A DNA stretch of 64,000 nucleotides from Planctomycetota bacterium (GTDB lineage Bacteria > Planctomycetota > UBA1135 > UBA2386). Shown piece after piece: positions 20,984-32,698 of the stretch. The position numbers and the translations under genes were made by a program. The notes beneath the pieces are model-generated. The model searched no databases and had not been told where the DNA came from. It was given only the letters and a program-made list of their open reading frames with translations. The stretch spans positions 736,001-800,000 of the forward strand of contig JBKAGP010000001.1 of NCBI GenBank assembly GCA_046290465.1, read 5' to 3'. The number at the start of each line of letters is the position of its first letter. The stretch's first letter is position 1.

Positions 20984-22639
20984 CTATTCGATCAGCGAAC
21001 GGGCATCGATCGGCAGCACCACCACCATGCCGGCGGGCCGCCGGTGCATCGAGGTCGGCGCATCCGGCTCCGACGGCGCCAGCCCGGCGAGCAGCAGGTC
21101 GCCGACCTCGAGCCGCTCGCGGGCCGCGGCGTCGGCCAACAGCCAGTGGCTGCCGCCGTCGTCGTCGCGCGCCCCGAAGCCGTCGGCACCGATCTCCTCG
21201 ATCTGCAGCAGGCCCGGCGCCTGTTCCGGCGCGCGGTCGTTCGACAGCGCGACGCCGGCATCCTGCAGGCGGTCGAGCTGTTCGAGCAACGCGCCCTTGC
21301 AGGTCTCCAGCACCTCGCGCTGGTCGAGCTCCTGGGTCACCGCGACCCAGTCGTAGAAGCGCTTCAGCTCGGCGAACGCCGCGCGCACCTGCGTGGCCCG
21401 TTCGGTCGGCGCCGAGCGCAGGTAGACGTGCAGCAGCAGCCGCATCAGATCCGGCGCGCGGATCGACTCGAGGTCGGTGTTCGGCACCGGTGCGTTGCGC
21501 TGCAGCTCGACCCACAGCAGCAGCGGCGAGTGGTCGGCGTCCTGTTGCTCGGTCTCCCAGTGGAACTCGGTGACCAGCGGCGCGAGGTCGCCGCTGTCGC
21601 CGTCGCCGGCGCCGAGCTGTTCGACGATCGCGGTCGCGCGCTCGTCATCGTCGTCGTCGTCCTCTTCGGGTTGGATGCCGGCGAGCTTCTCCATCTGCGA
21701 GAACAGCTGCTCGACGTCCTGTTGCTTGCCGAGGCCCTCGTCGAGCGTGCGCACCAGCTGCTCGCCGAGCGTCTCGCCGGGCGGGCCGGACGTGCCGGTC
21801 GACGGCGCCTCGGCGCGGTCCGCCGGGCCGGCGTGGTGCGCGTTCCAGATCTCGAGCAGCAGCCGCCGCGCCTTGTCGAGGTCGACGTCGGTGTCGAACG
21901 CGAGCTGGTCGAGCAGCGGACCGATGAACGCGCCGGGTCGCGGCGCGACCGCCAGCTGCTGGCTCAGGACCTCGGCGCTGTGCCGGTCACCGACCGACTG
22001 GAGCAGCTGCTCGAGGTCGGCTTCGAGGTGCTCCAGCGGCGCGACCGGTTGTGGCGGCGGGCCTGGCACGACCGGCACCTCGGCATGGCCGTGCTGCCGC
22101 AGCAGCAGGTGTTCGAGTTCGATCTGCTGCAGCCGACGATCGAGTTCCAGCTCCTTGAGGTCGTGCACGAACGCCTCGGCGAGCTCCCGGCCCGGCCGCA
22201 GCGCCGGCGTCGCCGCCGACGCCGACCAGCGCTCCTGCGTCGCCGGGTAGAGCCGGCCGACCAGCAGGTCCCCGGGCTGCAGCGACCGGGCGTCGGCCAG
22301 CTCGAGCATCTCGTCGTTGTGCATGTCGCGCGCGGTCACGCTGTCGCCGACCGACTCGACCAGGAACAGCCCGGCGATCGAGTCCTCGAGTTCGTCGGCC
22401 TGCGCCGAATACGGCGGCACCGTGATCGGCACCGCGCCCAGCGACTCGCTCTCGCGCTCGAACAGGAACCACTCCGCAAAGCGGTGCTCGGCGGCGTCGT
22501 CGCCGACCCGATCCTGCTGCTCCCCGAAGAACTGCCGGCGCGCGCGCTGCAGCTCGGCGTGCAGGCGTTGGTTGTCGGAGAGCTGCTTCGCCAGCTGGGC
22601 GACGAGCTCGGTGTGTCGGGCAACTTCGTCTCGGGTCAT
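20984..22639 (-). CDS. Conserved-looking acidic hypothetical protein
   Basis: 551 aa ORF with host-like codon use; FAEWFLFE, duplicated (LQP/LEV)GDLL motif. Confidence 0.65.
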   Translation of the reverse strand: MTRDEVARHTELVAQLAKQLSDNQRLHAELQRARRQFFGEQQDRVGDDAAEHRFAEWFLFERESESLGAVPITVPPYSAQADELEDSIAGLFLVESVGDSVTARDMHNDEMLELADARSLQPGDLLVGRLYPATQERWSASAATPALRPGRELAEAFVHDLKELELDRRLQQIELEHLLLRQHGHAEVPVVPGPPPQPVAPLEHLEADLEQLLQSVGDRHSAEVLSQQLAVAPRPGAFIGPLLDQLAFDTDVDLDKARRLLLEIWNAHHAGPADRAEAPSTGTSGPPGETLGEQLVRTLDEGLGKQQDVEQLFSQMEKLAGIQPEEDDDDDDERATAIVEQLGAGDGDSGDLAPLVTEFHWETEQQDADHSPLLLWVELQRNAPVPNTDLESIRAPDLMRLLLHVYLRSAPTERATQVRAAFAELKRFYDWVAVTQELDQREVLETCKGALLEQLDRLQDAGVALSNDRAPEQAPGLLQIEEIGADGFGARDDDGGSHWLLADAAARERLEVGDLLLAGLAPSEPDAPTSMHRRPAGMVVVLPIDARSLIE

Positions 22640-22767
22640 CTTTGCGGAAATCGTTCGGCGCGATCACGCAGGGTCGCCCACGTCGGGCCGAATTGCAAAG
22701 CCAAGCCACCGGTCCGGCTTACGGAACGCGACAAACCGTCCTCCCCCAGGCACAATGGACCCCCGAC

Positions 22768-23526
22768 GTGATCTGCTTCCAGGAACCTGCTGAGCCCTCC
22801 TTCTTCGAGACCCTCGGCGAGACGCTCCAGGCGCTCGGCTGGATCGACAAGACCGCGCTCGGCGTGCTGCTCGTGTTCTTCGTGCTCGGCCTGTTCAAGG
22901 GCCTGATCTGGCAGGTCAGCCGGATCGGCATCCTGGTCGCGGCCTACATCGTCGCTGGCCGCTTCGGCCGCGACGTGGCCGGATTGATGAGCAGCACCCC
23001 GCCCGAACGGATGGCCGCGGACGCGATGGCCACCCAGGAGGTCGCGCCCGGCGAGACCACGCTCTACCTGGCCTACTGCCTGTTGTTCATCGCGGTGCTG
23101 GTCGTGCTCAGCCTGCTGGCGATGTTGATCAAGAAGCTCGCCGACAAGGCCGGCCTCGGCTTCTTCGACCGCCTCGGCGGCGGCGTGCTCGGCGTCGCGA
23201 CCGGTGCTTGCGTGGTGCTGTTCGGCGTGTTCGTGGTGCACATGTTCTTCCCCGACAGCCAGCTGGCGGAGGCCGCCGAGGACTCGCACTCACTGCGGTT
23301 CTCGCAGCAGGCGATCGACTTCCTCGGCGCGGCGGTCAACGACGACCTGCGCTCGGTGCTGGCGCTGCAGCCGCTCGAAGGGCCACTGCTGATCGACGGT
23401 GTGGCCCCGGTCGACCCGGATCTGCTGCCGCGCATGCCGGAGCCGCTGCCGTTGCCGCCCGACATCCAGGGCGGCGATCCCGGCCCCGCGGGCGGCGACG
23501 ACGGCGTGCGCCGCGGCAACCGCTGA
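22768..23526 (+). CDS. CvpA family (colicin V production) membrane protein
   Basis: WID..GLFKGLIWQ, GLGFFDRLGGGVLG, S..AEDS. Confidence 0.85.
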   Translation: MICFQEPAEPSFFETLGETLQALGWIDKTALGVLLVFFVLGLFKGLIWQVSRIGILVAAYIVAGRFGRDVAGLMSSTPPERMAADAMATQEVAPGETTLYLAYCLLFIAVLVVLSLLAMLIKKLADKAGLGFFDRLGGGVLGVATGACVVLFGVFVVHMFFPDSQLAEAAEDSHSLRFSQQAIDFLGAAVNDDLRSVLALQPLEGPLLIDGVAPVDPDLLPRMPEPLPLPPDIQGGDPGPAGGDDGVRRGNR

Positions 23527-23591
23527 TTGCTTGCACGGGCCACGGCGTTGGCCCATCCTGGTCCGCCCGTCGGCTGCTGCCGGCGGACCAC

Positions 23592-25255
<1,664 letters not shown>

Positions 25256-25261
25256 CGGCCG

Positions 25262-26431
<1,170 letters not shown>

Positions 26432-26468
26432 GGCGTGACCCTCCGGGCCCGCCGCGCACGCGCTTCGA

Positions 26469-27167
26469 TCACTGCGTGGCTTCCGCGAACCGGTAGCCGA
26501 CGCCGCGCACCGTCTCGATGATCGAGCTGTGCTCGCCGAGCTTCTGTCGCAGCGCGCGCACGTGCACGTCGATGTTGCGGTCGGTCACGATCGCATCCTC
26601 GCCGATGACGCGGCTCAGCAGGTGCGCGCGCGGGAACACGCGGCCCGGGTGCGATGCCAGGAAGTGCAGCAACCGCATCTCGGTCGGCGTGAGGTTGATC
26701 GGCTGCTCGTCGACGCGCGCCTCGTAGCGACCCAGATCGATCGCCAGCGCACCGCGCACCACCCGTTCGCCGCCGCCGCTGTCCTCGCGCAGCGGGCCGC
26801 GCCGCAGCACGACCTTGACGCGCGCCACCAGTTCGCGCGGGCTGAACGGCTTGGCGATGTAGTCGTCGGCGCCGATGCCGAGGCCGAGCACGATGTCGCT
26901 CTCCTCGCTCTTCGCGGTGACCATGATGATCGGGATCGAGCGCGTCACCGGGTCCGATTTGACCTGTCGGCAGACCTCGACCCCGTCCATGCCCGGCAGC
27001 ATCAGGTCGAGGATGACCAGGTCCGGGTTGTCGGTGCGGATGCGGCTCAGACCCTGCTCGCCGTTGCGGCATGCAATGACCTTGTGACCCTCACGCTCGA
27101 GGTTGTAGTGGATGACCTCGAGGATGTCGGGCTCGTCTTCAATGACCAGAACTTTGGGCTTCGCCAC
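26469..27167 (-). CDS. PhoB-like OmpR-family response regulator
   Basis: IEDE, LDLMLP, TAK, GADDYIAKPFS, LTPTE, DVHVRALRQKL, TVRGVGY. Confidence 0.9.
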   Translation of the reverse strand: MAKPKVLVIEDEPDILEVIHYNLEREGHKVIACRNGEQGLSRIRTDNPDLVILDLMLPGMDGVEVCRQVKSDPVTRSIPIIMVTAKSEESDIVLGLGIGADDYIAKPFSPRELVARVKVVLRRGPLREDSGGGERVVRGALAIDLGRYEARVDEQPINLTPTEMRLLHFLASHPGRVFPRAHLLSRVIGEDAIVTDRNIDVHVRALRQKLGEHSSIIETVRGVGYRFAEATQ

Positions 27168-27230
27168 GGCGAATGATCGTCTCGCTCGGTTTGAGGGGAA
27201 TAAGGAACCGAGAGGACCCTAGGTAGGGCC

Positions 27231-27247
27231 TGCGAAGGCATTGTAAA
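27231..27247 (-). promoter_or_regulatory. Candidate Pho-box-like 11-nt-spaced direct repeat
   Basis: Minus strand TTTACA-atgcc-TTCGCA about 65 nt upstream of the phoB-like start. Confidence 0.4.
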
Positions 27248-27254
27248 GGCTACC

Positions 27255-27890
27255 TCAAGCTTCGACGCCCTGCACCAGCGGCTCCGCCGCGAACGAGATC
27301 CCGATGCCGTTGTCCTCGGGCAGGATACGCACGTCGCACGGGCAGGCCTGCAGCACCGGTTCGAGCCCCTTCTGGACCTCCGGAATCGCCAGTGGGAACG
27401 GCAGGCTGCCCTGCTCCAGTTCGAAGCCGAGGCGGACCACGAAGCGGCCGTCGTCCTCGACCGCGGCGCGCAGCACGGCCGTTCCCGACGAGCCGACCGG
27501 CACCGACCAGACCCACTGCCGGACCGCCTCGGCACACACCACGACGAACGCCTCGGCCGGCACCCAGAACTCCGCCGTCGGGTCGCCCTGCAGCTCCAGG
27601 CCGAGCCCGCGCTCGCGGCTCGGCACCCGGCCGAGTTCGGCCAGCTGGGCCAACAGGTCGAACGCCAGTCCGGGGGCGCCGGTCCGCTCGCCGAGCAGCG
27701 CGCGCACGACCTGCAGGCTGGCGCTGCCGCGCTGCACCGCGCCGAGCACGGCTTCCTGCATGCGCGGGATGTCGGCCGCTTCGAGGTGCAGCACGTGGCC
27801 CTGCACCGTCAGCAGCAGGTTGCCGAACTGGTGCACGAGGCCGGGCAGGAAGAACGAAGCCGATTCGGAAGGCAACAAAGCGAAGCACAC
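27255..27890 (-). CDS. Degenerate histidine-kinase-like protein (H-box retained; start uncertain)
   Basis: LPGLVHQFGNLL resembles a HisKA H-box; N and G boxes not recognisable. Confidence 0.5.
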   Translation of the reverse strand: MCFALLPSESASFFLPGLVHQFGNLLLTVQGHVLHLEAADIPRMQEAVLGAVQRGSASLQVVRALLGERTGAPGLAFDLLAQLAELGRVPSRERGLGLELQGDPTAEFWVPAEAFVVVCAEAVRQWVWSVPVGSSGTAVLRAAVEDDGRFVVRLGFELEQGSLPFPLAIPEVQKGLEPVLQACPCDVRILPEDNGIGISFAAEPLVQGVEA

Positions 27891-27930
27891 GGATCCGGGT
27901 GACCGGATCCCGAAGGTCCCTTGGGCGCGC

Positions 27931-29064
27931 TCAGTTGGCCGCCGGAGCATCGCCCCGCTGTCCGACCTCCCCGAGCACGGCGACGACCGGAGCACACGCC
28001 CCATCGTCCCGCAACAGTTGTAGTGCGATGGGCGTGCCCGGGTTACTGCAAACAATCCGTTCGTGCAGGTCCTTCGGGTCGACGATCGGGGCGTCGTCGA
28101 CGCCGACCACGATGTCGCCCTTGCGCAAGCCGGCCTGCGCCGCCGGGTCGCCTTCCTTGACTTCGACGATCACCGCGCCCGGCAGCGGCCGGCCGTGCTC
28201 GTCGAGCCCGCGACGCGGCGCGAAGGCGATGCCGAGGTAGCCGCGCCGGACCACGCCTTCGGGATCGTCGCGCATCTTGTCGAGCGCCCACTTCACGGCG
28301 CGCACCGGCACCGCGAACGAGATGCCCTGGGCGGCGCTGGCGTGCTGGGTGGCGACGCCGACGACGTGGCCGTGCACGTCGAACACCGGGCATCCGGAGC
28401 TGCCCGGATTGATCGCGGCGCTGATCTGCAGGAAGTCCCGGCTGACGCCGAGGTCGTCGTGCTCGAGGTGGCGGCCGACGAAGCTGACCAGGCCCGCGGT
28501 GACCGTGCGAGCCAGTCCAAACGGGTTGCCGACCGCGACGATCCAGTCCCCCGCATGCAGGTCGTCGCTGTCGCCGAACTCGAGCACCGGCAGGCCCGGC
28601 GGTGGCGACACCAGCCGCAGCAGCGCGAGGTCGGTCGCCGGGTCCTGGCCGATCAGGTCGGCGAACTGGCCGCCGATGCCGGGCAGGTAGACCTCGATGT
28701 CCTCGGCGCCGGCGACGACGTGCAGGCTGGTCAGCACCAGGCCCCGTTCGTGGATCACGAAGCCCGAGCCGCTGCGCCGGTCCCGGCGCGGCTCGACGGT
28801 CCGCACCGCCGCATCCTCCGGCGATGCCGCCGGCGTCGCCGCCAGCGGCAGCAGCGCGCGCACGCTGACGACCGCGCCGCCGACCCGGTCGACGACGCCG
28901 CGGAACGACGGCAGGCGGGCCTCGACCTGCACCGTCGGGCCGGCGTCTCGCCAGAGCTGCTCGCGCGGCTGCGGCGCGGTCCAGGATGAGCCGAACAGGA
29001 CCCCGGCGCCGACACATGCGGCACCTCCCAGCAGCAGCGCTGCCGTCGTCCTCCAGGAACTCAT
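27931..29064 (-). CDS. HtrA/DegP-family serine protease with one PDZ domain
   Basis: GSGFVI, TSLHVV, TDLALL, GNPFGL, INPGSSG, GYLGI, PAAQAGL. Confidence 0.92.
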   Translation of the reverse strand: MSSWRTTAALLLGGAACVGAGVLFGSSWTAPQPREQLWRDAGPTVQVEARLPSFRGVVDRVGGAVVSVRALLPLAATPAASPEDAAVRTVEPRRDRRSGSGFVIHERGLVLTSLHVVAGAEDIEVYLPGIGGQFADLIGQDPATDLALLRLVSPPPGLPVLEFGDSDDLHAGDWIVAVGNPFGLARTVTAGLVSFVGRHLEHDDLGVSRDFLQISAAINPGSSGCPVFDVHGHVVGVATQHASAAQGISFAVPVRAVKWALDKMRDDPEGVVRRGYLGIAFAPRRGLDEHGRPLPGAVIVEVKEGDPAAQAGLRKGDIVVGVDDAPIVDPKDLHERIVCSNPGTPIALQLLRDDGACAPVVAVLGEVGQRGDAPAAN

Positions 29065-29124
29065 GCGCAGAGTCTAGCCAAGCCGCGAGGTTCCACCAAG
29101 GCACCCCCCGGCTACCATGCCGCC

Positions 29125-31179
29125 ATGAAGGTGCTGTCGCTGTGGCTCCCCCTGCTCCTGGTCGCCGGCCTGTCGGCGCAACGGCCGAACAGCCCGCAGG
29201 AAGCGCTGCTGCAGTTCGAGGACGTGCGCAGCGAGCCGGAGCGATTCCGGCACCGCGCGGTCCGGGACCTCGGCCGCTTCGTCGACGCCGGCATCTCGCG
29301 CACGCTGGTCGCCGAACTCGAACGGGCGGAGACGATGAGCTACCGCAACACCGTGGTCCGCGCGATCGGTGCCAAGGCGCGGGACGGGGTGCTGCCGGCG
29401 CTGGTCGCGCATCTGACCAAGACCGACGCCGCCCGCCTCTGTGGCGCGATCGCCGATGCGATGCGGCGACAAGGCCCCGACGGGGTGCAGCTGCTGGCGC
29501 AGCAGCTGGCCAGCCATCGCAACCACAAGCAGCGCCGCGAGGCCATCTGCTACGCGCTCGGCAAGGTCGAGAACGGTGACGAGGCCAGGGACCTGCTGCT
29601 CGACGAGATCCGTCGCAGCGGCGGCGAAGCGCGGCTGGCACCGCTGCGCGGCCTGGCGGCGCGGCACGGCGACGCGGCCGTCGACGCCGTGCGGGTGCAG
29701 CTCGCGGGCGACAAGCACAAGGTGCTGGCCGGTACCGCTCTCGGCCAGTTGGCGCGGCACGGCCACGACCAGGCGCCGCGGCTCGCCGAGCAGTTCGCCC
29801 GCGGCATCGCCGACGATGCTTCGGGCGACCTGCACGCCGCAGTGGCGCTCGGTCTGCTGGTCGGCCCGAGCGTCGACACCCGCAAGCTGCTGTGGCGCTC
29901 GGTCGCGCGCGCCGACGCGCCGTTCGGCGACGACGCGCTGCCGCGCTGGCGCCGCGCGCTCGGCGAGGCCGGCGCCGCGGCGATGCTGTTCGACGGCGCC
30001 ATCGACCACAAGCAGGCCGCGGTGCGGGCCGCGGCGGCCCGGGCGCTCGGGTTCACGCCCGCGGCTGGTCGCGCCGAGGTCTACCCGATGCTGCAGGCGC
30101 TGCTGGTCGACCGCGACGCCGGCGTCGTATCGGCGGCCTGCGCGGCGGTGCTGCAGCTCGCCGACGAACGCGCCGACCGCGCGCTGGCGGCTGCCTGGCA
30201 GCAAGGGGCACCGGCCCTGCAGGCGCTGCGGACCGCGGCGCTGGCCGAGCGCACCCCGGATGATCCGGGTCGGTTCGTGGACTTTGCCAGGACGGCCAAG
30301 GGCGAAGCGGCTGCCGCGAGCCTGCGGTTGCTGGCGCGGCGGTTCGAGGCTCCGGCGGCGGCCGGCGAGGTCGCCCGCAAGCGGCTCGGCGATCGCGACT
30401 GGCAGGTGCGGGTGGCGGCGATCGAGTTGCTGCGCGCCGAGCGCAACGCGGCGAGCGTGCCGCTGCTGATCGAGCGCCTCAAGAAGGATCGGTCGCGCGT
30501 GCGCGCCGACCTGCTGGCGGCCTTGCAGGACCTGACCGGCGCGCGCTTCGAAGAACACAAGCAGTGGCGCGCCTGGTGGGCCGCGGAGCAGGCGAGCTTC
30601 GCGGTGCGCCCCCCTGCCGAACCACGCAAGGCCGGCAAGCCCGACGCGACGGCGACGACCTACTGGGACATCCCGGTGACCAGCGATCGCGTCACGTTCG
30701 TCGTCGACACCTCGGGCAGCATGCTGCAGCCGTTCGGCACCGGTAACGCGCTGCGCATCGACGAGGCCAGGCGGCAGCTGACGCAGGTGTTCGATCGCCT
30801 GCCCAAGGGGGCCAAGGTCGACGTGATCGCGTTCGCCGCCGATGCCACCGCGATGTTCGGCAAGCTGACCGCGCTCGGCCGCAGCAAGCGCAAGGCTGCG
30901 GACGGGTTCGTCGCAGCGCTGGTCGCCAAGGGCCCCACCGACGTGCACGAGGCGCTGCGGCTGGCGTTCGCGTCCGACGACGTCGATACGATCTTCCTGC
31001 TGACCGACGGGCGGCCGAGCGTCGGCGCGATCGTCGACTTCGATCGGCTGGCGCGCGAGGTCGCGCGCTGGAACGTCGGCCGGGGTGTGCGCATCCACAC
31101 CATCGCGATCGGCGGCAAGAGCGACCTGCTCGAGCGGCTGGCGCGCGACTCGGGCGGCGAGCACGCGGTCGCTCGCTGA
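29125..31179 (+). CDS. Secreted HEAT-repeat plus vWA domain protein
   Basis: Signal peptide; HEAT-like DRDWQVRVAA; MIDAS DTSGSM, T, LLTDG. Confidence 0.85.
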   Translation: MKVLSLWLPLLLVAGLSAQRPNSPQEALLQFEDVRSEPERFRHRAVRDLGRFVDAGISRTLVAELERAETMSYRNTVVRAIGAKARDGVLPALVAHLTKTDAARLCGAIADAMRRQGPDGVQLLAQQLASHRNHKQRREAICYALGKVENGDEARDLLLDEIRRSGGEARLAPLRGLAARHGDAAVDAVRVQLAGDKHKVLAGTALGQLARHGHDQAPRLAEQFARGIADDASGDLHAAVALGLLVGPSVDTRKLLWRSVARADAPFGDDALPRWRRALGEAGAAAMLFDGAIDHKQAAVRAAAARALGFTPAAGRAEVYPMLQALLVDRDAGVVSAACAAVLQLADERADRALAAAWQQGAPALQALRTAALAERTPDDPGRFVDFARTAKGEAAAASLRLLARRFEAPAAAGEVARKRLGDRDWQVRVAAIELLRAERNAASVPLLIERLKKDRSRVRADLLAALQDLTGARFEEHKQWRAWWAAEQASFAVRPPAEPRKAGKPDATATTYWDIPVTSDRVTFVVDTSGSMLQPFGTGNALRIDEARRQLTQVFDRLPKGAKVDVIAFAADATAMFGKLTALGRSKRKAADGFVAALVAKGPTDVHEALRLAFASDDVDTIFLLTDGRPSVGAIVDFDRLAREVARWNVGRGVRIHTIAIGGKSDLLERLARDSGGEHAVAR

Positions 31180-31204
31180 CGCCGCCAGCCGTAAGCTCTC
31201 GGCC

Positions 31205-32698
31205 ATGACCGCCGAGCGACCCTACGACCAACTCCTGGCGCACCTCCGCGAGGCCTCGCTGCTGGCCTCGACCTCGGCGCTGCTCGCGTGGGACCAGGAG
31301 ACCTTCATGCCGGCGGGCGCCGGCGAACGTCGCGCCGAGCAGATGGCGCTGCTGGCGCGGCTCTCGCACGAGCGCGGCACCGACCCGCGCATCGCCGAGT
31401 GGATCGCCGCCAGCGACGGCACCGACGACGAAGCGGAGCGGGCCTGCCTGCGCGAGTGGCAGCGCGACCACCACCGCGCGACCCGGCTGCCGTCGACGCT
31501 GGTCGCCGAACTCGCGTCGACCGAGAGCCGGGCGCAGCAGGCCTGGGCCGAGGCGCGCGCGGCGTCGGACTTCGCCGGCTTCCGGCCGTGGCTGGAGCGG
31601 ATCGTCGCGCTGCAGCGGCAGAAGGCCGACTGCCTGCAGCGCGACGGCCAGACCCGCTGGGATGCGTTGGCCGACCTCTACGAGCCGGGCATGCGCGCTG
31701 CCGATCTGCGCGCGCTGTTCGGCCCGCTGCGCGAACGGCTGGTGGCGCTGCGGCAACGCCTCGACGCCGGCACCGCGCCGGACGTGACGTTCCGCGATCG
31801 CCGCATCGACCAGGCCCGCCAGGAGGCGTTCGTGCGCGCGGTAGTCACCCGCATGGGCTTCGACTTCGAGCGCGGCCGCATCGATCGCAGCACCCACCCG
31901 TTCTGCATCGGCACCGGCGGCGACGTCCGGTTGACGACGCGCTTCCACGACGACAACGTGCTCGACGCACTCGGCTCGACGATGCACGAGGGCGGCCACG
32001 GCCTCTACGAACAGGGGCTGCTGCGCGAGCCCTACGGCACGCCGCTGGCAGAGGCCGCGTCGCTCGGCATCCACGAGAGCCAGTCGCGGCTGTGGGAGAA
32101 CCACGTCGGTCGCAGCGAGGCGTTCTGGCGCTGGTGCTGGCCGGTCGCGCAACAGCACCTCGGCGATGCGTGCGATGGCCAGACCCGAGACTCGGTCTAC
32201 CGGCTGAGCAACCTGGTCGCGCCGAGCCTGATCCGGGTCGAGGCCGACGAGGCGACCTACGACCTGCACGTGATGGTGCGGTTCGAACTGGAGACCGACC
32301 TGATCGACGGCGCGATCGAGGTCGCCGACGTGCCGGCCCGCTGGAACCAGCTGTATGCCGACTACCTGGGCGTCGACGTGCCCGACGACGCGCGCGGCTG
32401 CCTGCAGGACGTGCACTGGTCGTGCGGCCTGTTCGGCTACTTCCCGACCTACACGCTCGGCAACCTGTATGCGGCGCAGTTCGCGGCGGCCGCAGCGTCG
32501 GCGCTCGGCGACCTGGACGCGTTGCTCGGCCGCGGCGAGTTCACGCCGCTGTGCGAGTGGCTGCACGAACACGTGCACCGTCACGGGCGCCGCTACTCCC
32601 CCGCCGAGCTGTGCGAACGCGCGACCGGTCGCCCCTTGAGCAGCGAGCCGTTCCTCGCCTACCTCGAACAGAAGCTCACCGACGCCTACCGACTCTGA
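31205..32698 (+). CDS. Carboxypeptidase M32 (Taq family)
   Basis: WDQET, HPF, HEGGHGLYEQG, HESQSR, IRVEADE, GCLQDVHW, GYFPTYTLG. Confidence 0.95.
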   Translation: MTAERPYDQLLAHLREASLLASTSALLAWDQETFMPAGAGERRAEQMALLARLSHERGTDPRIAEWIAASDGTDDEAERACLREWQRDHHRATRLPSTLVAELASTESRAQQAWAEARAASDFAGFRPWLERIVALQRQKADCLQRDGQTRWDALADLYEPGMRAADLRALFGPLRERLVALRQRLDAGTAPDVTFRDRRIDQARQEAFVRAVVTRMGFDFERGRIDRSTHPFCIGTGGDVRLTTRFHDDNVLDALGSTMHEGGHGLYEQGLLREPYGTPLAEAASLGIHESQSRLWENHVGRSEAFWRWCWPVAQQHLGDACDGQTRDSVYRLSNLVAPSLIRVEADEATYDLHVMVRFELETDLIDGAIEVADVPARWNQLYADYLGVDVPDDARGCLQDVHWSCGLFGYFPTYTLGNLYAAQFAAAAASALGDLDALLGRGEFTPLCEWLHEHVHRHGRRYSPAELCERATGRPLSSEPFLAYLEQKLTDAYRL

